Source of the DNA: an uncultured Atopobiaceae bacterium
GTDB lineage: Bacteria > Actinomycetota > Coriobacteriia > Coriobacteriales > Atopobiaceae
DNA: 64,000 nt
Reading direction: 5' to 3'
Assembly (NCBI GenBank): GCA_947631545.1
Contig: CANRLS010000003.1
Location: 3,146 to 67,145, forward strand
The position numbers and the translations under genes are program-made. Positions within the stretch are counted from its first letter, which is position 1. Each line of letters opens with the position of its first letter. Below are positions 17,494-25,536 of this stretch, piece by piece. The notes beneath the pieces were generated by a model. It was not told the origin of the DNA and did no database searches. It worked only from the letters and a program-made list of their open reading frames with translations.

Positions 17494-18375
17494 CTAGCGC
17501 GCCTGCGCCCAGCGGAGCTCGGCATCGTCGGTGAGGACGTCGAGGCGGCCGGCGTCGCGGAGGTAGGCGAGGTAGGAGCGCACGGAGCTCCCGACGAGCG
17601 CGTACTGCTCGAAGGACATGGCGAGGCCGTAGGCTCGGAAGATCCCGTGGATGACGTCGTCGGTCGTGCGCGGCTCCGCGCAGAGGCTGAAGACGCGCTC
17701 GGCGATCTCGCGCACCTTGGCGATGTTGGCCTCGGCGAGGGGCGCGATGTCGTCGGTCGCCTCGGCGTGGGCCGGCACGAAGACCGAGGCCTCCATGGCC
17801 CTCACCCGCTCGAGCGTCTCCAGGTAGGCCGCCACGTCGTAGACGAAGGTCACGCCGTACTTGGCGAGGGTCGCCTCGCTCGAGAGACAATCGGCGAGGT
17901 AGACCACATCGTCCGGTGCCCTAAACCCCACCATGTCGAAGAAGTGCCCCGGCAAAGGGACCATCTCCATCCCCTCCGGGAGCGCCTCCGGCACGAGCGG
18001 TTCGCATTCGCACGCCTGCGCGAGCAGGAACTTGTGCCGCAGATCCTTCGGCGGATAGCCACCGTAGAGGAAGGCCGGCTCCAGCACCGGATGCCGCGTG
18101 AAGCAGCACTCGATCCCCGGCGCGTAGACCGCGCAGCCGGTCTGTCCCCGCAGGTAGCGGTCGCCGCCGATGTGGTCGGCGTTCGAGTGCGTGTTGTAGA
18201 TGGCCGTGAGATGCCAGCCCTCGGCATCGAGGATCTGGCGCACCTTGCGCCCGGCGTTCTTGTCGTTCCCGGCGTCGATGAGGCAGACGTCTCCCCCGCC
18301 CAGCTCCACGATCCCGATCTTCGCCGGGCTCTGCACATAGGAGCAATGCTCCGACACCCGCACCAGCTCGTACAT
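17494..18375 (-). CDS. MBL-fold metallo-hydrolase (variant metal motif)
   Basis: Starts MYELVRV, about 293 aa. The position of the HxHxDH motif reads THSNADHIGG, so the second His is Asn. Confidence 0.75.
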   Translation of the reverse strand: MYELVRVSEHCSYVQSPAKIGIVELGGGDVCLIDAGNDKNAGRKVRQILDAEGWHLTAIYNTHSNADHIGGDRYLRGQTGCAVYAPGIECCFTRHPVLEPAFLYGGYPPKDLRHKFLLAQACECEPLVPEALPEGMEMVPLPGHFFDMVGFRAPDDVVYLADCLSSEATLAKYGVTFVYDVAAYLETLERVRAMEASVFVPAHAEATDDIAPLAEANIAKVREIAERVFSLCAEPRTTDDVIHGIFRAYGLAMSFEQYALVGSSVRSYLAYLRDAGRLDVLTDDAELRWAQAR

Positions 18376-18399
18376 GGCCACCCCTCTCATATAGACGAT

Positions 18400-18670
18400 G
18401 AGGTGAGCCTAGCCGTTGGAGATGCCCCGCGCCTGCGGTTAAGCCCCAACGACCCATGGTCTTAACCAGCAGTGCGAGCCTGGTGTACGCACCGGACTCT
18501 CGCAAGATCCGACGGCGCCGGGAGCCAAGGCAACTATGGTGTGCAGTGAATCCGAAGCCGCGTGGGGATGAGCCCGGGAGGGCTCAATGCAAGCTCCATG
18601 GGCTCACGAGCGGAGGCTTGAACGGAGCACCATATTCGCCCTGCTCCCGGCGCAGCAATCGCTGCCGGCG
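18400..18670. ncRNA. candidate structured RNA or leader in an unassigned spacer (speculative)
   Basis: 296-bp spacer between two minus-strand genes with no credible ORF. Hand-folded hairpins are GGTTAAG/CTTAACC (18437-18467), TGCGAGCC(T)GGTG-tacg-CACCGG..CTCGCA (18473-18504) and GAGCCC-ggga-GGGCTC (18570-18585). The loops read UACG and GGGA on the plus strand. Confidence 0.2.
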
Positions 18671-18671
18671 C

Positions 18672-21155
18672 CTAGGTGCGGGAGCCCAGGCGAGTGACCA
18701 TGAGGCGCATGCCGTTCAGGATGACGATGAGCGCCACGCCGGTGTCGGCGAAGATGGCCGCCCCCATGCCGGCGAGCCCGAGGACCGCGAGCACCATGAC
18801 GGCGAACTTCACGCCGATGGCGAAGGCGATGTTCTCGCGCACGACGCGGAGCGTGCGCTTGGAGAGCTTGAGGAAGGCCGGGAGCGCCGAGAGGTCGCCC
18901 GCGAGGAGCGCCACGTCGGCCACCTCCAGGGCCGTGTCGGAGGCGGCGGCGCCCATGGTGATGCCGAGGTCGGCCTGGGCGAGCGCCGGCGCGTCGTTGA
19001 TGCCGTCGCCCACCATGGCCACGGTGCGGCCCTCTTGCTGCAGATTCTTGATGGCGCCGAGCTTGTCGTCGGGGAGGAGCCGGGCGCGGACGGTGGTGAT
19101 GCCGAGCGAATCCGCCACGGCCTTCGCCGCGCGCTCGTTGTCACCCGTGAGCATGACCGTCTGGGCCACGCCGGCGTGACCGAGCCGCTCGATGGCGCGG
19201 GCGCTGGAATCGCGCACCGCGTCGCGGAGCCCGAGCACGCCGACCAGCCGCGCGCAGGCCCCGCTTCCGGCCACGACGCCGAGCGCCGTCCCGCCGCCGG
19301 CCTCGATCTGGGCGATGGCGTCCGATGCGAACGCGGGCGGCTCGCCCAGCGCCTCGCGCACGTAGGAGGGCTTGCCCACGCGAACGGTCTCGCCGCAGAC
19401 GACGCCCTCCATGCCATGGCCCGCGATCTCGCGCACGCCCACGGCCGGGAGCGCCGAGGCCACCCCTGCCTCCTCGGCGGCCGTCACCACGGCCACCGCG
19501 AGCGGATGCGTCGAGTTGGCCTCGAGGGCGGCCGCGAGGGCGAGCGCCCGATCCCTGCCCTCGCCCTCGGCGCAGACGACGGATTCCACCTGCGGCCGCC
19601 CCTCGGTCACGGTGCCGGTCTTGTCGAAGGCCACGGCGTCAACCTTGGAGGCGATGTCGAGGTAGGCCCCGCCCTTCACGAGCACGCCAAGCTTGGCGGC
19701 GCGCGTGATGGCCGAGACGAAGGAGACGGGCGTCGAGATCACGAGCGCGCAGGGGCACGCGATGACGAGGAGCGTGAGCGCCCGCCAGATCCAGCCGAGC
19801 CAGTCCACCGGCTGGCCGAAGAGCGCGAGCGCGAGCGGCGCGCCGAGCCCCACGGCGAGGGCCACGCCCACGACGATGGGCGTGTAGACGGCCGCGAAGC
19901 GGTCGACGAACGACTCGTAGGGGGCGCGCTCGGCCTGGGCGCCCTGCACGAGGTTCACGATGCGCGCGAGCGTGCCGCAGTCGGCGTCGTCGGTCACGCG
20001 CACGGTGAGCGGCGCGACGGTGTTCAGCGTGCCTCCGAAGACGGCGTCGCCCGGCCCCTTGTCGAGGGGCACCGACTCGCCCGTCACCGGAGACTCGTCG
20101 AGCGAGGAGTCGCCCTCGAGGATGGTGCCGTCGAGCGGCACGCGCTCGCCCGGGAGCACCCGCACGACCCAGCCCTCCTCGACGTCGTCGAGCGCCACAT
20201 CGCCCGTGACCTCGCCCTCCACCACGTGCGCGACCTCGGGCGCGAGCGCCATGAGGCCCTCGATGGAGCCGCGGGTCCTGCGCATCGACCAGGCCTCGAG
20301 CCATTCGCCGATCTGGTCGAGGAAGATGACGATGGCGGCGTCGCGGAAGGTGTCGAGGAAGTCCATGCCCTGGCTGAGCTCGTAGAAGCCCATGATGAGC
20401 GCGCCCGCCACGGCGATGCCCATGAGCACGTTCATGTCCGCGGTCCTTCGGCCGAGGGCGGCGAAGGCCATGGGCCCCACGAAGACGAGGCCGGCCACGG
20501 CGGCCGCGGTGTAGACGGCGACCGAGGGCAGCGCGAGCCCGAGCGCGAATTCGAGCACGAGCCCTACGGCGATGCCTGCGCCCGAGGCGGCCATGAGCAC
20601 GACTTCGCGATGCTCGTCCCACCAGCTCCGGCTGGCGTCGAGGCGCTCGAGCTCCGCCTCGGGGAGGTCGAGGTCGAGACCGCAGGAGCGCACGGTGTCG
20701 AGCACGGCCTTGGTGAGGCGGGTCGGATCGGCGTCCGGCGCGGCGGCCACGGAGAGCGTGGACGTCACGTAGTCGAGCGACGCGTCCACGACGCCATCGG
20801 TCACGCGGACGGCATTCTCGCAGCTCTTGGCGCAGGAAGGGCAGTCGATGCCCGCGACGGTGAAGGTGAAGTCCGGCTCTGCGTCAAGGTGGTGCGCCAC
20901 GACGGGGGCATGGCCGTGATCGTGCTCGCAGGCGCAGGAGTCCCCGTGGCAGTGCTTTGCCGCAGGCGTTGCGGCGTCGCCATGGCGATGCTCGGCAGCG
21001 GGCGCTGCGGCGCCTTCCCGCTCACAGGCGCAGGTGGCCTCCCGCTTCGCGCTGACGGGATCCTCGAGCGCTTGCGCGACCCCCGCCCCAGCCTCGGTCT
21101 CCCCTTCGGCCTGAACCTTCGGCTTCTCCAACGTGATCGGTGCCATCGACGCCAC
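18672..21155 (-). CDS. heavy-metal translocating P1B-type ATPase, Zn/Cd/Pb-type signature
   Basis: 827 aa. Contains an HMA domain with CPSC, CPC in TM6 (VIACPCALVISTP), DKTGT, GDGINDAP and a D-x-G in the last TM (ADTG). The N-terminus is Cys/His-rich (CACE...HRHGD...HCHGDSCACEHDHGH). The ORF start is GTG 21155. ATG 21146 has better RBS spacing. Confidence 0.9.
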   Translation of the reverse strand: MASMAPITLEKPKVQAEGETEAGAGVAQALEDPVSAKREATCACEREGAAAPAAEHRHGDAATPAAKHCHGDSCACEHDHGHAPVVAHHLDAEPDFTFTVAGIDCPSCAKSCENAVRVTDGVVDASLDYVTSTLSVAAAPDADPTRLTKAVLDTVRSCGLDLDLPEAELERLDASRSWWDEHREVVLMAASGAGIAVGLVLEFALGLALPSVAVYTAAAVAGLVFVGPMAFAALGRRTADMNVLMGIAVAGALIMGFYELSQGMDFLDTFRDAAIVIFLDQIGEWLEAWSMRRTRGSIEGLMALAPEVAHVVEGEVTGDVALDDVEEGWVVRVLPGERVPLDGTILEGDSSLDESPVTGESVPLDKGPGDAVFGGTLNTVAPLTVRVTDDADCGTLARIVNLVQGAQAERAPYESFVDRFAAVYTPIVVGVALAVGLGAPLALALFGQPVDWLGWIWRALTLLVIACPCALVISTPVSFVSAITRAAKLGVLVKGGAYLDIASKVDAVAFDKTGTVTEGRPQVESVVCAEGEGRDRALALAAALEANSTHPLAVAVVTAAEEAGVASALPAVGVREIAGHGMEGVVCGETVRVGKPSYVREALGEPPAFASDAIAQIEAGGGTALGVVAGSGACARLVGVLGLRDAVRDSSARAIERLGHAGVAQTVMLTGDNERAAKAVADSLGITTVRARLLPDDKLGAIKNLQQEGRTVAMVGDGINDAPALAQADLGITMGAAASDTALEVADVALLAGDLSALPAFLKLSKRTLRVVRENIAFAIGVKFAVMVLAVLGLAGMGAAIFADTGVALIVILNGMRLMVTRLGSRT

Positions 21156-21157
21156 CC

Positions 21158-21583
21158 CTATTCGGGCCAGTGGCCGGCGTGCTCGAGCGCCACGGCGATG
21201 AGCGTCGCGACGTGCTCGTCGGCGAGCGAGTAGATGGAGCGCTGCCCCTCGCGGCGCATGGTCACGAGGCCGCGGTCGCGAAGGAGCCGGAGCTGATGGG
21301 AGATGGCCGACTGGCTGACGCCGCAGAGCCGCGTGAGCTCCCCGACCGAGCGGTCCTGGGTGGTGAGGGCGCCCAGGATGCGGAAGCGCGTGTAGTCGGC
21401 GAGCGCGTCGAAGATCTGGGTCGTGGCGTAGATGACGTCGTCATCTTCGAGGTAGGAGGCCCACTCGCCCTCGCCAGCGGCGCGCTCGGCATCCTCGCTG
21501 GCAGAGCGCTCGTCGACGGCTCCGGCGTCGTCCATGTTGGCGACGAGCCTCAGGTCCCTCTCCTCGGCATGTGCGGCGGCCAT
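21158..21583 (-). CDS. ArsR/SmtB-family metal-responsive repressor
   Basis: From ATG 21581-21583 behind GAGGGGAG. Winged-helix block LADYTRFRILGAL...VGEL...VSQSAISHQLRLLRDRGLV. The stop is 2 nt from the ATPase start. Confidence 0.85.
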   Translation of the reverse strand: MAAAHAEERDLRLVANMDDAGAVDERSASEDAERAAGEGEWASYLEDDDVIYATTQIFDALADYTRFRILGALTTQDRSVGELTRLCGVSQSAISHQLRLLRDRGLVTMRREGQRSIYSLADEHVATLIAVALEHAGHWPE

Positions 21584-21596
21584 GGCATCTCCCCTC

Positions 21597-21624
21597 AAAT
21601 ATATGAACACATGCTCATATATTT
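21597..21624. promoter_or_regulatory. palindromic operator, ArsR/SmtB (CzrA/CadC-like) type
   Basis: AAATATATGAACAC/ATGCTCATATATTT. The arms match 12 of 14 as an inverted repeat. The site is AT-rich in a GC-rich genome, contains a TGAACA half-site, and lies 14 nt upstream of the repressor ATG. Confidence 0.6.
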
Positions 21625-21701
21625 GACGGAGAGTATAGCCCCAACCGCCGGTGAGATTTCACCGAGGCGCGCGCATCCCGCGAACGGCGCTCCGCGCTCC
21701 C

Positions 21702-23222
21702 CTAGAGCTCGAGCATCATGAGCCGGGCGATGGCGTCGATGTAGATGCCGAGCGACGTCTTGAGCTGCGCCTCCGCGATGCCCTCGTTCGCGCCGTGCAT
21801 GTCGCCCACCCACTCGGGCTTGGGATCGTCGAACTCCTCCGGGCCGAAGCCCACGGCCCTGTCGAAGTGACGCGCGTAGGTGCCGCCGCCGATGGTGTAG
21901 GGCTCCGCGTCGCGCCCGGTGTGCTCGCGGTAGACCGCCATGAGCGTCTCTATCTCGGGAGAGTCTGGCTTCACGTAGAAGGGCACGTCGTCATGGGTCG
22001 TCTCGAAGGTGCAGCCGTGCTCCTCCGCCTCGGCGCGAAGCGTCTCCGCGATGCGCTCGCCCGTGATCGAGGTCACGTAGCGCGAGTCCACGGTCTGGGT
22101 GAAGCGCCCGTCCACGGTGCGCACGACGCCGCCCACCACGGTGGAGGCGCCGAAGAGGGCGTCGGTGGCGGCGATGCCGATGGCCTCGCCGTAGTCGTCT
22201 GCCAGGAGCTTGGCTTGGAGCTCGAGGAAGGGCCGCTGCACCTCGTCATAGAGCCCGTGGTCCAGGAGGTAGCCGTTCAGCGCCTTGATGGCGTTCTTCG
22301 TGCCCTCGGGCCGGGAGGCGTGGCCGTCGATGCCGTGGGCCACGATGCGGCAGCGGCCATCGCCGAGGTCGCAGACGGCGATGTCCTCGGCCGCCGGGAG
22401 CGTGTCCGCATCGGCCGCGACGACGGCCATGGCCTTGGACGGGACGGCGTTGGCCACCGTGCCGCCGTCCATCTCGACGAGCTTGCCGCCGGCGATCCTC
22501 TCCGAGGTGAAGAGCCCGTGGTAGATGCCCTTCTCGCCGTAGCACACGGGGAAGTCCGCATCCGGCGTGAAGAGGAAGGCCGGGCTCCCCTCGTGGGCGA
22601 TGTACATCTCGGCGTCGCGCATGCCGGTCTCCTCGTTGGAGCCGATGATCGCGCGAAGCGTATAGGGCAGCTCCACGCCGCGCGCGACGAGCCGCTGGAA
22701 GAAGTGGGCCGCCCAGAGGGTGAGCGCGAGCGGGCCCTTGTCGTCGGCCACGCCGCGGCCGAGGAGGTAACCATCGCGCCGCACCATCTCGAAGGGGTCG
22801 CTCTCCCAGTCTTGGCCCTCGACCGGCACGATGTCGCAGTGGCACATCGTGGCGAGGATCCTCTCGGAAGCGCCGGTCACGTCGGCCCAGGCCACATAGC
22901 CGTCGTCATCATGCGCCCGGAGCCCCAGGCGCTCGGCGATGCCGAGGGCCACGTCGGTGGCCCTTCGGGGCCCGGGGCCGTAGGGGAGCCCCGGCTTGGC
23001 GCGGGCGAGGTCCTCCACGCTCGGCACGGCGACGAGGTCGGCGATGTCCTCCAGAACCTGGGGCCAGACCTCCTCGACGTAGGCGTCGATGGCCTCGCGC
23101 CAATCGGGAGACGACGGATCGAGGGCCCTCTTGGGCGTCACGGCCCCTTCGGGCGCTTCGGCCTTCACGGCCTCCTCAGGTTCCAGCTCTTGCATCCCGC
23201 TCCGCTCGACCTCGTCAACCAT
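21702..23222 (-). CDS. M20-family dipeptidase (PepV/Sapep-like)
   Basis: 506 aa. Contains HCDIVP...W..DPF, GRGVADDKGP and SNEETGM, with a lid domain between the catalytic halves. Confidence 0.85.
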   Translation of the reverse strand: MVDEVERSGMQELEPEEAVKAEAPEGAVTPKRALDPSSPDWREAIDAYVEEVWPQVLEDIADLVAVPSVEDLARAKPGLPYGPGPRRATDVALGIAERLGLRAHDDDGYVAWADVTGASERILATMCHCDIVPVEGQDWESDPFEMVRRDGYLLGRGVADDKGPLALTLWAAHFFQRLVARGVELPYTLRAIIGSNEETGMRDAEMYIAHEGSPAFLFTPDADFPVCYGEKGIYHGLFTSERIAGGKLVEMDGGTVANAVPSKAMAVVAADADTLPAAEDIAVCDLGDGRCRIVAHGIDGHASRPEGTKNAIKALNGYLLDHGLYDEVQRPFLELQAKLLADDYGEAIGIAATDALFGASTVVGGVVRTVDGRFTQTVDSRYVTSITGERIAETLRAEAEEHGCTFETTHDDVPFYVKPDSPEIETLMAVYREHTGRDAEPYTIGGGTYARHFDRAVGFGPEEFDDPKPEWVGDMHGANEGIAEAQLKTSLGIYIDAIARLMMLEL

Positions 23223-23365
23223 GGCTCCTCCAAAGGGCTCCGCATGGGCGATCTCGTTGATGGTTCAGCGGACTCATTCTAATGAGCCTTGCCCGCTACA
23301 ATTCCCGAAGCCGACGAGCCGACCGCCGCACGGACGGCGGATCGGCAGCGAAGGGAGTCCGAAGC

Positions 23366-24070
23366 ATGGAGCGATTCCGCCCCCAGAGCCCAAAGGACCT
23401 GCTCCCGCCCTCCCCGCCATGGGCCCCTGCGGCCTTCGACGCCGCCATCTTCGATTTCGATGGCACCATCGCTCTCTCGGGTGCCGTCTGGCACGAGGTT
23501 GACGTGGCCTTCTTCGCCCGGCGCGGCCTGCCGTTGGAGCCCGACGTCCCCGGCAAGCTCGCGGCCCTCGGCTTCGAGGAGGGCGCCGATTACCTCATCG
23601 ACCGCTATGGCTTGGAAGAGACGCCCCAGGCCATCATGGCCGAGTGGGACGGGCTCGCGGGCGAACTCTACCAGACGATGGTGGAGCTTCGGCCCGGCGT
23701 GGAGACCTACGTGGCGCGCCTTCGCCGCGCGGGCATCGGCGTGGCCCTCGCCACCACGAACCATCGCGATGTCATCGAGCGCCTCGCGCCCCGAATCGAT
23801 GTGGCCGAGGTCTTCGACGAGGTCGTCTACGCCATCGAGGTGGGCGCGCCCAAGAGCGAGCCCGACGTCTTCCTCGAGGCGGCGCGGCGCCTCGGTGCGG
23901 AGCCCGGCCGCACGGTCGTCTTCGAGGACATCCCCATCGCACTCGCCACCGCGCGCCGCGCGGGCTTCGCCACGGTGGGCGTTGCCTCGGGAGATCCCAC
24001 ACAGGACGTGGCCGAGGTTCGCGCCGAAAGCGACCTCCTCATCGAGGACTGGACCGACCTCTCCCGCTAG
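23366..24070 (+). CDS. HAD-superfamily hydrolase (subfamily IA)
   Basis: ATG 23366 behind GAAGGGAG. Motif I is FDFDGTIA, followed by TTN, K..PD and a (F)EDIP motif IV. The maximal ORF starts at 23282. Confidence 0.8.
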   Translation: MERFRPQSPKDLLPPSPPWAPAAFDAAIFDFDGTIALSGAVWHEVDVAFFARRGLPLEPDVPGKLAALGFEEGADYLIDRYGLEETPQAIMAEWDGLAGELYQTMVELRPGVETYVARLRRAGIGVALATTNHRDVIERLAPRIDVAEVFDEVVYAIEVGAPKSEPDVFLEAARRLGAEPGRTVVFEDIPIALATARRAGFATVGVASGDPTQDVAEVRAESDLLIEDWTDLSR

Positions 24071-24206
24071 CCCCGATGCCGCACGCGCGTCCTTCGCGGA
24101 GCGGGTCATCCCCACATGCCCTTGCCCGTTTGGGTACGTACGCGAATGTGAGAAGGCGGCGCATGCCGCAGAAACAGATTCGCAGAGCGAACGAAGGGGG
24201 CCCATC

Positions 24207-24839
24207 ATGGATGAGGTCGGGAAGGACGCCGAGGACGTCAAAGCCGACGCCGAGAAGGGCGCGGAGGACGTCAAGCAGGACGTCAAGGACGTGGCGGGCG
24301 ACGCCGCGAAGGACGCCAAGGAGGTCGGCCACGACATCGGCGAGGCCGTCGGCACCGCCAAGGACGCCATCGGCGACGCCGCGAACGCGATCGGCACCGC
24401 CGTCAAGGAGGCCGCGCCGAAGGTGAAGGCGGGGGCGCTGCAGGCCAAGGACGCCGTCGTCGACGCGACGCAGAAGGCGGCCCCGGCCGTCAAGGACGCG
24501 GCCGTCGCGACGAAGGACGCCGCAGTCGCCGGCTACGAGAAGGCCAAACCCGTCGTCCAGGACGCCGCCGCCCGGGCCAAGGAGGCCGGCGACCGGGTCG
24601 CGGCGAAGATGCAGGAGGCCAGGGACAAGGCCGAATCCGACGGCGGCCTCGTCGATCGCCTGAAGGACATCGGCGACGATGCCAAGGCCAAGCTCGACGG
24701 CATCGGCGAGCGCCTGAAGAAGGCCCGCGAGGAGCATGACGAGGACGAGGCGGCCAAGGCGGCCAAGGATGCCGCCGACGTGGCCGAGGATGCCGCCGAC
24801 AAGACCGATGCCGCCGTCGAGGACGCCGACAACGGGTAG
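24207..24839 (+). CDS. repeat-rich hydrophilic protein, LEA/apolipoprotein-like amphipathic repeats
   Basis: ATG 24207, 210 aa, composed almost entirely of A/D/K/E/V/G, with a recurring ..KDA..D(A/V).. unit. No hydrophobic segment or signal peptide. GC3-rich codons. Confidence 0.55.
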   Translation: MDEVGKDAEDVKADAEKGAEDVKQDVKDVAGDAAKDAKEVGHDIGEAVGTAKDAIGDAANAIGTAVKEAAPKVKAGALQAKDAVVDATQKAAPAVKDAAVATKDAAVAGYEKAKPVVQDAAARAKEAGDRVAAKMQEARDKAESDGGLVDRLKDIGDDAKAKLDGIGERLKKAREEHDEDEAAKAAKDAADVAEDAADKTDAAVEDADNG

Positions 24840-24930
24840 CGCTCACGGGAGTGACCGTCGCCCTGCCCCCCGCATCGCACCGATGTCGAAAGCGGGGCCG
24901 CCGGGGCGCGCCAGCCTCGCGCGAACGAGC

Positions 24931-24966
24931 GACAGGGCCGGGAACCCGGAGGTTCCCGGCCCTGTC
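24931..24966. terminator. bidirectional hairpin between convergent genes
   Basis: GACAGGGCCGGGAACC-cgga-GGTTCCCGGCCCTGTC, a perfect 16-bp stem. There is no U-tract. Confidence 0.6.
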
Positions 24967-25006
24967 CGGCGTGCGACAAGGACGCGCACGCAGATGCTTC
25001 CCTAAG

Positions 25007-25210
25007 CTAGATCTTGCGGACGTTGGAAGCCTGGAGCTTGCCATTCTGGCCAGTGGTCACATCGAACTCGACGAGCTGCCCCTCGTCCAGGGTCTTATAG
25101 CCGTCCATCTGGATCTCGGAGAAATGCACGAAGAGATCCTCGCCATCCTCGCGGGAGATGAAGCCGTAGCCCTTCTCGGGGTTGAACCACTTGACCGTAC
25201 CAGTAGCCAT
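25007..25210 (-). CDS. cspA: cold-shock protein (CspA family)
   Basis: 67 aa: [33 protein letters not shown], containing the RNP1 and RNP2 motifs. Confidence 0.93.
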   Translation of the reverse strand: MATGTVKWFNPEKGYGFISREDGEDLFVHFSEIQMDGYKTLDEGQLVEFDVTTGQNGKLQASNVRKI

Positions 25211-25430
25211 TCTCTGCCTATCCTTTCCGTATCCCTCGTGGGGCCTTCCCATCGAAGGTTGTCCCGTGAGGGACTTTCTTCCCGCGCCGATGCTTCGGTC
25301 CGATCGGCACGTCTTACGTCGCTGCACGTCTCGACAGCGCTCGATAGCATACCATCGCCATGGACCGAGTGTTTCCAGAATGTGAAATCTATTTCATAGC
25401 AATCTACCTGCTGTTGCTTTGCCAAGAAGC
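25211..25430 (-). promoter_or_regulatory. long, relatively AT-rich 5' leader/promoter region of cspA
   Basis: About 220 nt of noncoding, lower-GC sequence upstream of cspA. Long csp leaders are a known family feature. The boundaries are not determined. Confidence 0.35.
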
Positions 25431-25536
25431 TCCTGTGATACACGTTATAGAGAGGTCTTAGCGCATTCGCTCGCCGGACGCTTCCCGGGCTGCGCCCTCC
25501 GCCCCCTCTCGCCCTCGGGCAACCATTCGCCAGCGG

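Noticed and set aside
23279-24493. A 404-aa Ala/Ser/Thr-rich minus-strand ORF opposite the HAD and LEA-like genes.
   Set aside because: It is the mirror frame of a repeat-rich GC3-biased gene (GAC/GCC/AAG codons give Ser/Ala/Leu-rich antisense). It has no RBS or start context, and it overlaps a HAD gene with clear motifs.
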